Part shown: one piece after another, positions 19,574 through 28,133 of the stretch | Layout: each line of letters starts with the position of its first letter | Position numbering within the stretch: position 1 is the first letter of the stretch | DNA from: Crocosphaera subtropica ATCC 51142 | GTDB lineage: Bacteria > Cyanobacteriota > Cyanobacteriia > Cyanobacteriales > Microcystaceae | Assembly: GCF_000017845.1 (NCBI RefSeq) | Contig: NC_010546.1 | Span: 930,001-962,000 of the forward strand | Length of the DNA: 32,000 bases | Direction of reading: 5' to 3' | Notes under the pieces: generated by a model | Databases searched by the model: none | Told to the model about the DNA's origin: nothing | What the model saw: only the letters and a program-made list of their open reading frames with translations | Position numbers and translations under genes: made by a program

Positions 19574-19936
19574 TTAATCATCTTCTTTTTGCTCAAAAAG
19601 CTGACAATTTTGGCACAAACCTTGAGGATTAACTGCACAACGAACGATTTCTGAATGGGCATTAAAACAACAATTAATGTTTCCCAAAATCCAACGACCA
19701 TTAACTAAAGTTTTTTCTTGAATATCTGCTGTTTTTTGCACATAAAGAGAAATTCTTTTTAATTGATAACCTCCCACTTGGTATTGATAATGATGATGAT
19801 ATTCTAAAATAGTGTATGTTTTTCCTTCTAACTCTAAATAATTGCCTTTTTTGGGATTCCAATCTAATTTAAGTTTTGCTAAAGATTGATGATTATGACT
19901 TAAAATCACTTCTGTTACAATAGAATCTTGATTCAT
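19574..19936 (-). CDS. Cys-rich conserved hypothetical protein
   Basis: ORF convergent with fmt. The C-terminus is NCCFNAHSEIVRCAVNPQGLCQNCQ. ATG at 19936 (MNQDSIV) is preferred. It may belong to a cyanobacterial DUF family, but I cannot name it with certainty. Confidence 0.45.
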   Translation of the reverse strand: MNQDSIVTEVILSHNHQSLAKLKLDWNPKKGNYLELEGKTYTILEYHHHYQYQVGGYQLKRISLYVQKTADIQEKTLVNGRWILGNINCCFNAHSEIVRCAVNPQGLCQNCQLFEQKEDD

Positions 19937-20038
19937 TCTTGGTCTAGTATTATCAATTAACGTCTGTATTATAATCAACTTTAACTAGATCGTGATACTT
20001 AGCTAATCATTGATGAACTTATTTATTCTTAATAATAT

Positions 20039-20068
20039 TTGACGAAATTTACCCACCATGACTATAAT
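20039..20068 (+). promoter_or_regulatory. sigma70-type promoter for the riboswitch-hupE transcript
   Basis: TTGACG (20039-20044), an 18-nt spacer, then TATAAT (20063-20068). This places the transcription start a few nt before the riboswitch P1 stem. Confidence 0.55.
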
Positions 20069-20074
20069 ACTCAA

Positions 20075-20200
20075 GCTATCGGTTTTAGTGGGGAACAGTC
20101 ACTAAAGGTAACAGGGAAAGCTTGGTGTAAGTCCAACACTGTCCCGCAACTGTGATGAAGCTTAAATGATTAGTTTCTAAGTCAGAATGCCTGCCGATAA
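20075..20200 (+). promoter_or_regulatory. cobalamin (B12) riboswitch
   Basis: The P1 halves are tatcgg and ccgata. The conserved core is ggggaac...acagggaaagcttggtgtaagtccaacactgtcccgcaactgt, and the B12-box-like segment is agtcagaatgcctgcc. An 8-bp hairpin aatgatca/tgatcatt (about 20221-20244) lies in the expression platform before the GAGG Shine-Dalgarno sequence. Confidence 0.88.
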
Positions 20201-20280
20201 CGAGACTATTCTTATCAGTTGAATGATCATGATTATGATCATTTGGCGGAGTATTTTTTAACTCTATCTGCGAGGTACGG

Positions 20281-20949
20281 ATGAGATTTTCATTTATTAA
20301 GGATCAATTGCGTCTAAAACTTAGTGTTATTTTAACAGTTTTAATCCTATTAATACTAGCACAACCAGCCACGGCACATCATCCCTTTGGTGGAGAAACC
20401 CCTAGTAATTTTTTTGAGGGATTTTTATCAGGTTTAGGCCATCCTATTATTGGATTAGATCATTTTGCTTTTATTATTGCCAGTGGTTTATTAGGAACAA
20501 AGTTTAAGCAAGGATTTTTAATTCCTATTGCTTTTGTTATGGCTACAATGATAGGAACAGGTATTCATTTACAAGCCATTGATTTACCTTATCCTGAGAT
20601 GATGATTGCTACTTCTGTGATTATTTTTGGAGGTTTATTAGCCAAGAAAAAACATGATTTTTCTTTTTCTAATATCCTTACCCTTATCTTTGCAACTGTA
20701 GCTATGATTGCAGGAATTTTTCATGGTTATGCCTATGGAGAAGCGGTTATTGGGGCTGAAATGAATCCTATTATTGCCTATTTAGCTGGCTTTGCTATGA
20801 TACAATTATTGTGCGCTTTTTCTGCTTTTGGTTTGGCGAGTCTTATGAATCAGCAGTTTCAGGATAAGGCCAATTTTATTCTACGAGTTATTGGATTTGG
20901 TATTAGTGGAATAGGTTTTGTCTTTTTTGGCCTTGCTTTCGGTGGTTAA
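20281..20949 (+). CDS. hupE: HupE/UreJ family metal transporter (probable cobalt uptake)
   Basis: 222 aa with a signal/TM segment followed by AHHPFGG, several further TM segments and FHGYAYG. It sits directly downstream of the B12 riboswitch. Confidence 0.8.
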   Translation: MRFSFIKDQLRLKLSVILTVLILLILAQPATAHHPFGGETPSNFFEGFLSGLGHPIIGLDHFAFIIASGLLGTKFKQGFLIPIAFVMATMIGTGIHLQAIDLPYPEMMIATSVIIFGGLLAKKKHDFSFSNILTLIFATVAMIAGIFHGYAYGEAVIGAEMNPIIAYLAGFAMIQLLCAFSAFGLASLMNQQFQDKANFILRVIGFGISGIGFVFFGLAFGG

Positions 20950-20985
20950 TAAAGTCTGATACAAGAAAAAACGTAGTATAAATAT

Positions 20986-21016
20986 GGGGACAAATTTGAT
21001 TATTGTTGTCCCCTTT
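20986..21016. terminator. bidirectional hairpin between convergent hupE and the C39-like gene
   Basis: ggggacaa-atttgattattg-ttgtcccc followed by ttt. The stem is a perfect 8 bp. Confidence 0.55.
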
Positions 21017-21023
21017 GGCAATT

Positions 21024-21875
21024 TTAACTTACAAAAATAACCTCCCCAAACCAGTAATCTTTTAATTCACTGAAAGGTTTAGCTTCTATTCCAAAGAGAG
21101 GATTTCCTAAAATTAATTCTTCTTTTTCTGTATCAATATCTATTAAAACAACAGCATGGGGAAACTGTTGACTTAACCAGCGTTGTTTAACATGAAGTAA
21201 AGCTAGTTGTTTTCGATTAATTAATTCATTTAATGTGAAATCATAATGGTATTCTGGGTTTAATCCTAATTTTTCCATCGCTGAAATTTCTGCTAGTGTA
21301 TTAGTACCTAAGCGATTAGTTTGAGTCAGTTTAACTACTTCTTTTTCATCAATTGCTGGATGTTTTCCACTTAACCTTGCTAAAGTTGCAATACTTGCTG
21401 GCGCACAAGTAACAGTGGTTGACTGTAACACAACTCCATCAACAATCCTTAATTCTCCCACATCATTAACTATAGGAGAAAACCAATAAAATAATAAAGA
21501 TAAACAACAGGTAATAATCCCTAATCCAACTAATAATTGGTTTCTTCGTTTACTCGATGATAATCCTGACAATTCTAATAGAAATAATAGTCCAAAAATA
21601 AAAAAACCAAAGCTTAATAATACATTATCAAATGCTGCTTGTATATAAAGGGAAAGGATATGAGGAAAAACTTGAGGAAGATAATAAGATATGTTTGAGC
21701 GATCAATGATAATTAATAAAGTTAAAATACCGGCTAAACTAATAAAAACTATTCTGGCTGTTTTTTGATGTTTTTCTAAAGCGTTTTCTGCGGTGATTCC
21801 TTTTTTTGCTAAGTCATTACCCAAATAACTACCTAACCCTAAACCGATGACACTAGGTATAACTAATTCAATCAT
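21024..21875 (-). CDS. membrane protein with C-terminal papain-like (peptidase C39-like) domain
   Basis: 283 aa. The N-terminal half is hydrophobic with about 5 TM segments. The C-terminal half has a candidate Cys (TCAPASIATLARLSGK) and a candidate His (FPHAVVLIDID), as in C39-type domains. Confidence 0.45.
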   Translation of the reverse strand: MIELVIPSVIGLGLGSYLGNDLAKKGITAENALEKHQKTARIVFISLAGILTLLIIIDRSNISYYLPQVFPHILSLYIQAAFDNVLLSFGFFIFGLLFLLELSGLSSSKRRNQLLVGLGIITCCLSLLFYWFSPIVNDVGELRIVDGVVLQSTTVTCAPASIATLARLSGKHPAIDEKEVVKLTQTNRLGTNTLAEISAMEKLGLNPEYHYDFTLNELINRKQLALLHVKQRWLSQQFPHAVVLIDIDTEKEELILGNPLFGIEAKPFSELKDYWFGEVIFVS

Positions 21876-22529
21876 GTTGTTAATCTCCTTATTTTTCTCT
21901 AAAATAGCTAAAGTAATAACGAGATGTCAGGAGTAAAATTACGGAAAGTTCTTTCAGTTATCAACTGTTTTCAGTTAATTGTTTTTAAAAACAATTAATA
22001 TTTCTTAAATCAAGACAGCAGAATAAAGACAATCAGCTAAGTTAATTAAAAACAAAGTTTATGACTTAAACAATTCCAACAACTTTAGGTGCGGAATTCT
22101 TCTAAGTTAGCATTTTTTAGTAATTAATCATAATTTTGTTTAAAATAAATCTTATTTTTTATACTTTTTAGTATTAGACTGTTCGTAAGGTTTAGCGACG
22201 TTTTAATAAACTTTTATCTTCATTCTTTGTAAAATCACTTTGTTGATTTTATATTATCTATAGCATTTCGATGATAACAAAATAAATATCTTTCATAACT
22301 GTATTAAAAAAACATAATAAATTGTTCCGTCTTCTGAATTCTGTTCGATCATAAAAATAGAAGTCTCATCATTAACTCCTATGACAAAACCCTATTAAAA
22401 ACAACCCTAATGTTGTGTTAATCATCCCTCAAAAATCAATCATTTCCTGATATTTATTTCCACAACTGTCAAGTCTTTGCAACAAAAATTACCATTCTAC
22501 TTGATCGATCGCTAAAGAAAGAGAACACT

Positions 22530-25500
22530 ATGAACAGTAAAACCTACGCTACTATTGATGGAAACGAAGCCGTTGCCAGAGTTGCCTATCGTCTCAACGA
22601 AGTGATCGCCATTTATCCCATTACCCCCTCTTCACCCATGGGAGAATGGGCCGATGCTTGGGCTTCTATCGGACAACCTAACTTGTGGGGGACGGTCCCC
22701 TCTATTGTGGAAATGCAAAGCGAAGGAGGGGCAGCCGGTGCCATCCACGGATCGTTGCAAACGGGGTCTTTAACAACGACATTTACCGCCTCTCAGGGCT
22801 TATTATTGATGATCCCTAACCTCTACAAAATAGCCGGGGAACTCACCGCAACGGTGATCCATGTAGCCGCGCGATCGCTGGCCGCCCAAGCTTTGTCTAT
22901 CTTCGGGGATCATGGGGACGTGATGGCAGCCCGTAGTACTGGGTTAGCCTTGATCGCCTCTGCATCCGTGCAAGAAGCCCAAGACTTTGCAGCTATTACC
23001 ACCGCAGCCAGTTATGAGAGTCGAGTTGCCGGACTACACTTTTTTGATGGGTTTCGCACCTCTCATGAAGTGCAGAAAGTAGAATTATTGGATGATACGG
23101 TGTTGCGATCGCTGATCAAAGACGAATGGGTGATCGCCCATAGACAAAGGGCCCTAACCCCCGATCGCCCGGTTATTCGAGGAACAGCCCAAAACCCTGA
23201 TGTGTACTTCCAAGCGAGAGAAACCGTCAACCCCTTCTATGCAGCCTATCCCGACATTTTGCAGAAGACAATGGATAAGTTTGCCCAACTGACGGGAAGG
23301 GAATATAAGTTATACGAATATCATGGTGATCCTGAAGCTGAAAAGGTCATTATTTTGATGGGTTCCGGTTGTGAAACTGTCCATGAAACCGTAGATTATT
23401 TAATTAGTCAAGGGGAGAAAGTTGGGGTTTTAAAAGTTCGGTTATATCGTCCCTTTGCTGCTGAAAAGTTAATTAAAACCTTACCAAAAACTGTCAAAAA
23501 AATTGCTGTATTAGACCGTACCAAAGAACCCGGTTCAGCAGGAGAACCTTTATATGTTGATGTAGTGACAGGTTTCATGGAATGTTGTGAGGAGATGCCT
23601 CTACCAAAAATAGTAGGGGGTAGATATGGTTTATCCTCTAAAGAGTTTACCTCAGCTATGGTAAAAGGGGTATTTGATAACTTAGCTTTAGATAACCCTA
23701 AAAATCACTTTACCATTGGTATTAAAGATGATCTCAGCCATACCAGTATTGATTATGATCCTAATTTTTCTACTGAACCAGATAATGTTGTCAGAGCAAT
23801 TTTCTATGGGTTAGGCTCAGATGGAACCGTCGGAGCTAATAAAAACTCCATTAAAATTATTGGAGAAGAAACGAATAACTATGCTCAAGGTTATTTTGTT
23901 TACGACTCCAAAAAATCAGGCTCAGTTACCGTATCTCATCTACGGTTTGGACCGAACCCTATCAAGTCTACTTACTTAGTAACCAAAGCCAACTTTATTG
24001 CTTGTCATCAATGGGAATTTTTGGAAAAATTTGACCTCTTAGAACCGGCCATAGAAGGATCAATCTTTCTCATTAACAGTCCCTACCAACCCGAATATGT
24101 ATGGCAACAGTTACCCCGTCCCGTGCAAGAACATATTATTAACAAAAACATCAACGTTTATGTTATCAACGCCTATGAAGTGGCCAGAAATGCAGGGATG
24201 GGTGGCCGAATAAACACTGTCATGCAAGTCTGCTTCTTTGCTTTGGCCAATGTACTGCCCAGAGAAGAAGCCATAGAACAAATTAAAAAATACATCCGTA
24301 AGACGTATGGGAAGAAAGGGGAAGACATCGTACAGATGAACATTAAAGCCGTTGACGCTGCTTTAGATCATCTCCATCAAGTTACCATACCCAACAGCAT
24401 TGATGATAACGCCCCAGATATCGCTCATCCTATCCCAGACACCGCCCCGGCATTCATCCGAGATGTGTTAGGTAAAATGATGGCTAGACAAGGGGAAGAT
24501 ATCCCTGTCAGCGCGTTACCTTGCGATGGTACTTACCCCAGTGGCACGGCAAAATGGGAGAAGCGTAATGTAGCGCAAGAGATACCCGTTTGGGATGAAG
24601 ATGTCTGCGTTCAATGTGGTAAATGTGTTCTTGTTTGTCCCCATGCGGTGATCCGGTCTAAAGTATATGAAGAAGCAGCCTTAAGTAACGCCCCTGAAAG
24701 CTTTAAAAGTGCCGATGCTAAAGACTTAGACTGGAAGAAAACCGAACTTAAGTTTACCATCCAAGTTGCGGCAGAAGACTGTACTGGTTGCGGTGTTTGC
24801 GTTGATGTTTGTCCCGCCAAAAATAAATCTCAACCCAAACTAAAAGCCATTAATATGGCCCCACAGTTACCCATCAGGGAACAAGAACGAGAAAACTGGG
24901 ACTATTTTCTATCTATTGCCAACCCCGACCGAAATACCCTGAAACTCAACAAAATAAGCCATCAACAGATGCAAGAACCCTTATTTGAGTTTTCAGGGGC
25001 CTGTGCCGGTTGTGGGGAAACCCCTTATATTAAGTTAGCTACCCAACTATTCGGCGATCGCATGGTGGTAGCCAACGCCACGGGATGTTCTTCTATTTAT
25101 GGCGGTAACTTACCCACCACTCCCTGGACCCATAACCAAGAAGGAAGAGGTCCGGCCTGGTCTAACTCTCTCTTTGAAGATAACGCAGAATTCGGGTTAG
25201 GGTTCCGTGTCTCCATCGATAAACAAACGGAGTTTGCCACAGAGTTAGTCAAAAGTCTTGCTTCTGATATCGGAGAAACCCTCGCTACAGGCATTTTAAA
25301 CGCCCAACAGAAAGATGAAGCAGACATCTTTGAACAACGGGAACGAGTCGCTTTTTTGAAACAACGGTTAACCCAGTTAAGCAATGGCAACTTAGAGGAA
25401 ACCACCCAAGCTAAAGTAACCATGTTGCAGTCTGTAGCAGACTATTTAGTTAAAAAGAGTGTTTGGATCATCGGGGGTGACGGTTGGGCCTATGATATTG

Positions 25501-26162
25501 GATATGGTGGGTTAGACCATGTGTTAGCCAGTGGCCGCAACGTCAATATTTTGGTCATGGACACGGAAGTTTATTCTAACACCGGGGGACAAGCATCTAA
25601 AGCGACTCCTCGCGCTGCGGTGGCTAAGTTTGCCTCTGGGGGGAAACCCTCACCCAAGAAGGACTTAGGGTTAATGGCCATGACTTACGGTAACGTTTAT
25701 GTGGCCAGTGTAGCGATGGGTGCAAAGAATGAGCATAGTATCAAAGCCTTTTTAGAAGCAGAAGCTTATGAGGGTGTTTCTTTGATTATTGCCTATTCTC
25801 ACTGTATCGCCCACGGTATCAATATGACCACTGCTATGAGTTATCAGAAGGACATTGTGGATAGTGGACGCTGGTTATTGTATCGGTATCATCCCGACTT
25901 AGTAGGAGAAGGAAAAAACCCCTTACAGTTAGATATGAGAAGTCCCAAGCTTCCCATTGAACGGACGATGTATCAAGAAAACCGTTTCAAAATGTTAGCC
26001 AGAAGTAAACCGGATGCTGCGAAAAAACTGCTTAAACAAGCGCAAGAAGATGTTAATACCCGTTGGCAAATGTATCAATATTTAGCGGCAAGGCAGTTAG
26101 AAATGGGTAACGGAAATGGACATAGTAAGGGGAATATTGAGACTGAAACAACCGTTAATTAG
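22530..26162 (+). CDS. nifJ: pyruvate:ferredoxin (flavodoxin) oxidoreductase
   Basis: 1210 aa with two ferredoxin-type clusters (CVQCGKCVLVCPH, CTGCGVCVDVCPA) and TPP-binding GGDGWAYDIGYGGLDH. Confidence 0.95.
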   Translation: MNSKTYATIDGNEAVARVAYRLNEVIAIYPITPSSPMGEWADAWASIGQPNLWGTVPSIVEMQSEGGAAGAIHGSLQTGSLTTTFTASQGLLLMIPNLYKIAGELTATVIHVAARSLAAQALSIFGDHGDVMAARSTGLALIASASVQEAQDFAAITTAASYESRVAGLHFFDGFRTSHEVQKVELLDDTVLRSLIKDEWVIAHRQRALTPDRPVIRGTAQNPDVYFQARETVNPFYAAYPDILQKTMDKFAQLTGREYKLYEYHGDPEAEKVIILMGSGCETVHETVDYLISQGEKVGVLKVRLYRPFAAEKLIKTLPKTVKKIAVLDRTKEPGSAGEPLYVDVVTGFMECCEEMPLPKIVGGRYGLSSKEFTSAMVKGVFDNLALDNPKNHFTIGIKDDLSHTSIDYDPNFSTEPDNVVRAIFYGLGSDGTVGANKNSIKIIGEETNNYAQGYFVYDSKKSGSVTVSHLRFGPNPIKSTYLVTKANFIACHQWEFLEKFDLLEPAIEGSIFLINSPYQPEYVWQQLPRPVQEHIINKNINVYVINAYEVARNAGMGGRINTVMQVCFFALANVLPREEAIEQIKKYIRKTYGKKGEDIVQMNIKAVDAALDHLHQVTIPNSIDDNAPDIAHPIPDTAPAFIRDVLGKMMARQGEDIPVSALPCDGTYPSGTAKWEKRNVAQEIPVWDEDVCVQCGKCVLVCPHAVIRSKVYEEAALSNAPESFKSADAKDLDWKKTELKFTIQVAAEDCTGCGVCVDVCPAKNKSQPKLKAINMAPQLPIREQERENWDYFLSIANPDRNTLKLNKISHQQMQEPLFEFSGACAGCGETPYIKLATQLFGDRMVVANATGCSSIYGGNLPTTPWTHNQEGRGPAWSNSLFEDNAEFGLGFRVSIDKQTEFATELVKSLASDIGETLATGILNAQQKDEADIFEQRERVAFLKQRLTQLSNGNLEETTQAKVTMLQSVADYLVKKSVWIIGGDGWAYDIGYGGLDHVLASGRNVNILVMDTEVYSNTGGQASKATPRAAVAKFASGGKPSPKKDLGLMAMTYGNVYVASVAMGAKNEHSIKAFLEAEAYEGVSLIIAYSHCIAHGINMTTAMSYQKDIVDSGRWLLYRYHPDLVGEGKNPLQLDMRSPKLPIERTMYQENRFKMLARSKPDAAKKLLKQAQEDVNTRWQMYQYLAARQLEMGNGNGHSKGNIETETTVN

Positions 26163-26181
26163 GTTTTGTTTCTGATAGTTG

Positions 26182-26206
26182 AGGGTGGGTTTTTATGACT
26201 CACCCT
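26182..26206. terminator. weak hairpin between convergent nifJ and tcmP
   Basis: agggtg-ggtttttatgact-caccct forms a 6-bp stem with a large loop. Confidence 0.3.
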
Positions 26207-26219
26207 ATTCATGTATATT

Positions 26220-27101
26220 TTATTCTTGTAATTTTAATTTTTCATAGAGTTTAAATATATCATTGGTAATTTTAACTGCCGTTTTGTTATGACTAGCTAA
26301 ACATAAAGCATAAAGAACAGAATTAGTGGAATTTTTCATAAGAACTGGTTGACTAACATACTGAAAAATTGTTCTTAATTGTTTAGTATATAAATCAGCT
26401 AACCATTCTGCTTTGATTATTTCACGTTTTAAAGAAGATGTTTGTTCACTTTGCTCAGGAAATAAGCTTAATTGAACAGTAGGAGGTTGTTTATAAACTT
26501 CTGTTATCCAATCAGTATTACCCATTACTCTATTTAATAATTCAATATGTTCTGGTTTTGGTTCTCTATCTTTAGGGAGTATCCGCGTTATTCCCATCAC
26601 AGAAAAATTAACAAAAATATCGCATTTTCTTGTATTAGCTAACTTTGTTATAGTTTCCCAATCAATTGATAATCCATAAGGATCTAGAAAAACAAACGCT
26701 CTTGTTGAACTAGAATTGAATTTAGGTATTAATTGATCACATAAGACTTCATTACAGTTTCCGTGATAGACTTCGATGTTACAGTCAGAAAAATCATCTT
26801 TAAGTCTCTCTATTCGTTCTATTCGTTGTGAAGAAATATCAATAAACCAATAACCATCAAATTTAGGTTCTATTTGTAAAGCACGCAAAGGAGAACCTTT
26901 AATATACCTTTTTTCATCGTCTTTTGCTCTTGGTCTAAGAGAACCAGCAAACGCATCAATATAGTAGTATTTTGTGAGCCATTTCTCTTTTTGTTTATTC
27001 ATAATGATAGAATAAGCTTCAAGATATTTAGCTAATAAATCTAGCTTATCTTCCGACCATTTTCCGATAATATCTTCTCCATCTTCACCAAACCGACTCA
27101 T
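26220..27101 (-). CDS. tcmP: three-Cys-motif partner protein TcmP family (RlmJ-like methyltransferase-fold candidate)
   Basis: 293 aa. Motifs were checked on the DNA: YIDAFAGS (26940-26963), GSPLRAL, and FLDPYG (about 26673-26687). The ATG at 27101 is preceded by AAGG and lies 17 nt after the DUF5131 stop. Confidence 0.65.
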   Translation of the reverse strand: MSRFGEDGEDIIGKWSEDKLDLLAKYLEAYSIIMNKQKEKWLTKYYYIDAFAGSLRPRAKDDEKRYIKGSPLRALQIEPKFDGYWFIDISSQRIERIERLKDDFSDCNIEVYHGNCNEVLCDQLIPKFNSSSTRAFVFLDPYGLSIDWETITKLANTRKCDIFVNFSVMGITRILPKDREPKPEHIELLNRVMGNTDWITEVYKQPPTVQLSLFPEQSEQTSSLKREIIKAEWLADLYTKQLRTIFQYVSQPVLMKNSTNSVLYALCLASHNKTAVKITNDIFKLYEKLKLQE

Positions 27102-27118
27102 AATAAAATTACCTTAAG

Positions 27119-27907
27119 CTAATGTGTAGAAAGTAAAAATTTTTGTTTAATTTCCATAAACTTACTCTTGCTAGAAAATTTATGCTTATATTGCATCAAA
27201 TGTTCATTCCAAGCAATAGGCATTTGATCCCAAGTTCTATCATTAAAAATTCTACCACCTGCCTTAGAATAGCGTCCTCCCCATTGTTTAAAAAAGAAGG
27301 GAACCTCTGCTTTTTGTGTTTGCTCTAAAATAGACTGAACCCACTCAGGTTGAATAGGACGATGTTTAAAACCAGACTCACCCCCAACAATTACCCAATG
27401 AATACCAGTTAAATCTAATTCTAATGGTCCTAAAAGGGGTTCACAAGATAGGAAGCGTACCTTAGCTGGAACTTTCCTTAGAGCATCAATTCTCTTGGTA
27501 TAGGTTTGACTTTCCACTGATACACCTATCCAAATATTATCGGACCATTCTAACTCAGGAGCCAATTCTACAAGTCTTTGATCCCGTTTAGTTAAAATTT
27601 GGTAGATATGCCAAGGTGTTTCCTTCATCACTGCAAAAACGTCTTGCAGATAACTGATAGGAACATCTTTATGAAAAAGATCACTCATTGAATTAACAAA
27701 AATTCGGCTAGGAGTACGCCAACGTCTGGGTTGATCAAGTCTTTCTGGATGAAGCGTTAAGTCAAAGCCTTCTGGAAAACTGTTCGTAAAACGCTGAGTT
27801 AAAGCCTCAGCATAACAATAACGACATCCAGGACTGACTTTAGTGCATCCAGTCGAAGGATTCCATGTTTTATCCGTCCATTCAATACCAGTGTTGCTAC
27901 TTGACAT
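27119..27907 (-). CDS. DUF5131 / phage Gp37-Gp68 family three-Cys protein
   Basis: MSSSNTGIEWTDKTWNPSTGCTKVSPGCRYCYA has a C-x6-C-x2-C motif at 27815-27847, checked codon by codon. It also has FLSCEPLLGPL, WVIVGGESG and FFFKQWGG. ATG at 27907 is preferred over the TTG at 27943 used by the track. Confidence 0.75.
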   Translation of the reverse strand: MSSSNTGIEWTDKTWNPSTGCTKVSPGCRYCYAEALTQRFTNSFPEGFDLTLHPERLDQPRRWRTPSRIFVNSMSDLFHKDVPISYLQDVFAVMKETPWHIYQILTKRDQRLVELAPELEWSDNIWIGVSVESQTYTKRIDALRKVPAKVRFLSCEPLLGPLELDLTGIHWVIVGGESGFKHRPIQPEWVQSILEQTQKAEVPFFFKQWGGRYSKAGGRIFNDRTWDQMPIAWNEHLMQYKHKFSSKSKFMEIKQKFLLSTH

Positions 27908-28133
27908 GACTCTAAGTATATAGCTTGCTAGATGAGTTTTCAATTAAGATTAATACATCTTAACTATTTTTTATTTCTCTTTTTTTAAAGAGTATCTTAA
28001 TTAAGATCAAAAAACTATTACAAGTATTCAAAATAATGCTACTCAGATTTATGATTTAATTACAACACAAAAAGAAATTGATAATATTTCTCGGACGAAA
28101 CCCGAACTAAAATTAACCACAGATTATGGACAC

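Noticed and set aside
21876-22529. NtcA (GTA-N8-TAC) or other named regulator sites upstream of nifJ.
   Set aside because: I scanned by eye and found only partial matches (for example gtattaaaaaaaca) and no full consensus.
27815-27847. Calling the DUF5131 protein a canonical radical SAM enzyme.
   Set aside because: The Cys spacing is C-x6-C-x2-C, not C-x3-C-x2-C. I see no GGE-type SAM-binding motif that I can defend, so I describe it only as a three-Cys (possible Fe-S) protein.
28101-28120. cccgaactaaaattaacc upstream of the methyltransferase as a fourth copy of the MITE arm.
   Set aside because: It shares only the 8-mer cccgaact with the repeat arm. The rest diverges, and there is no partner arm.
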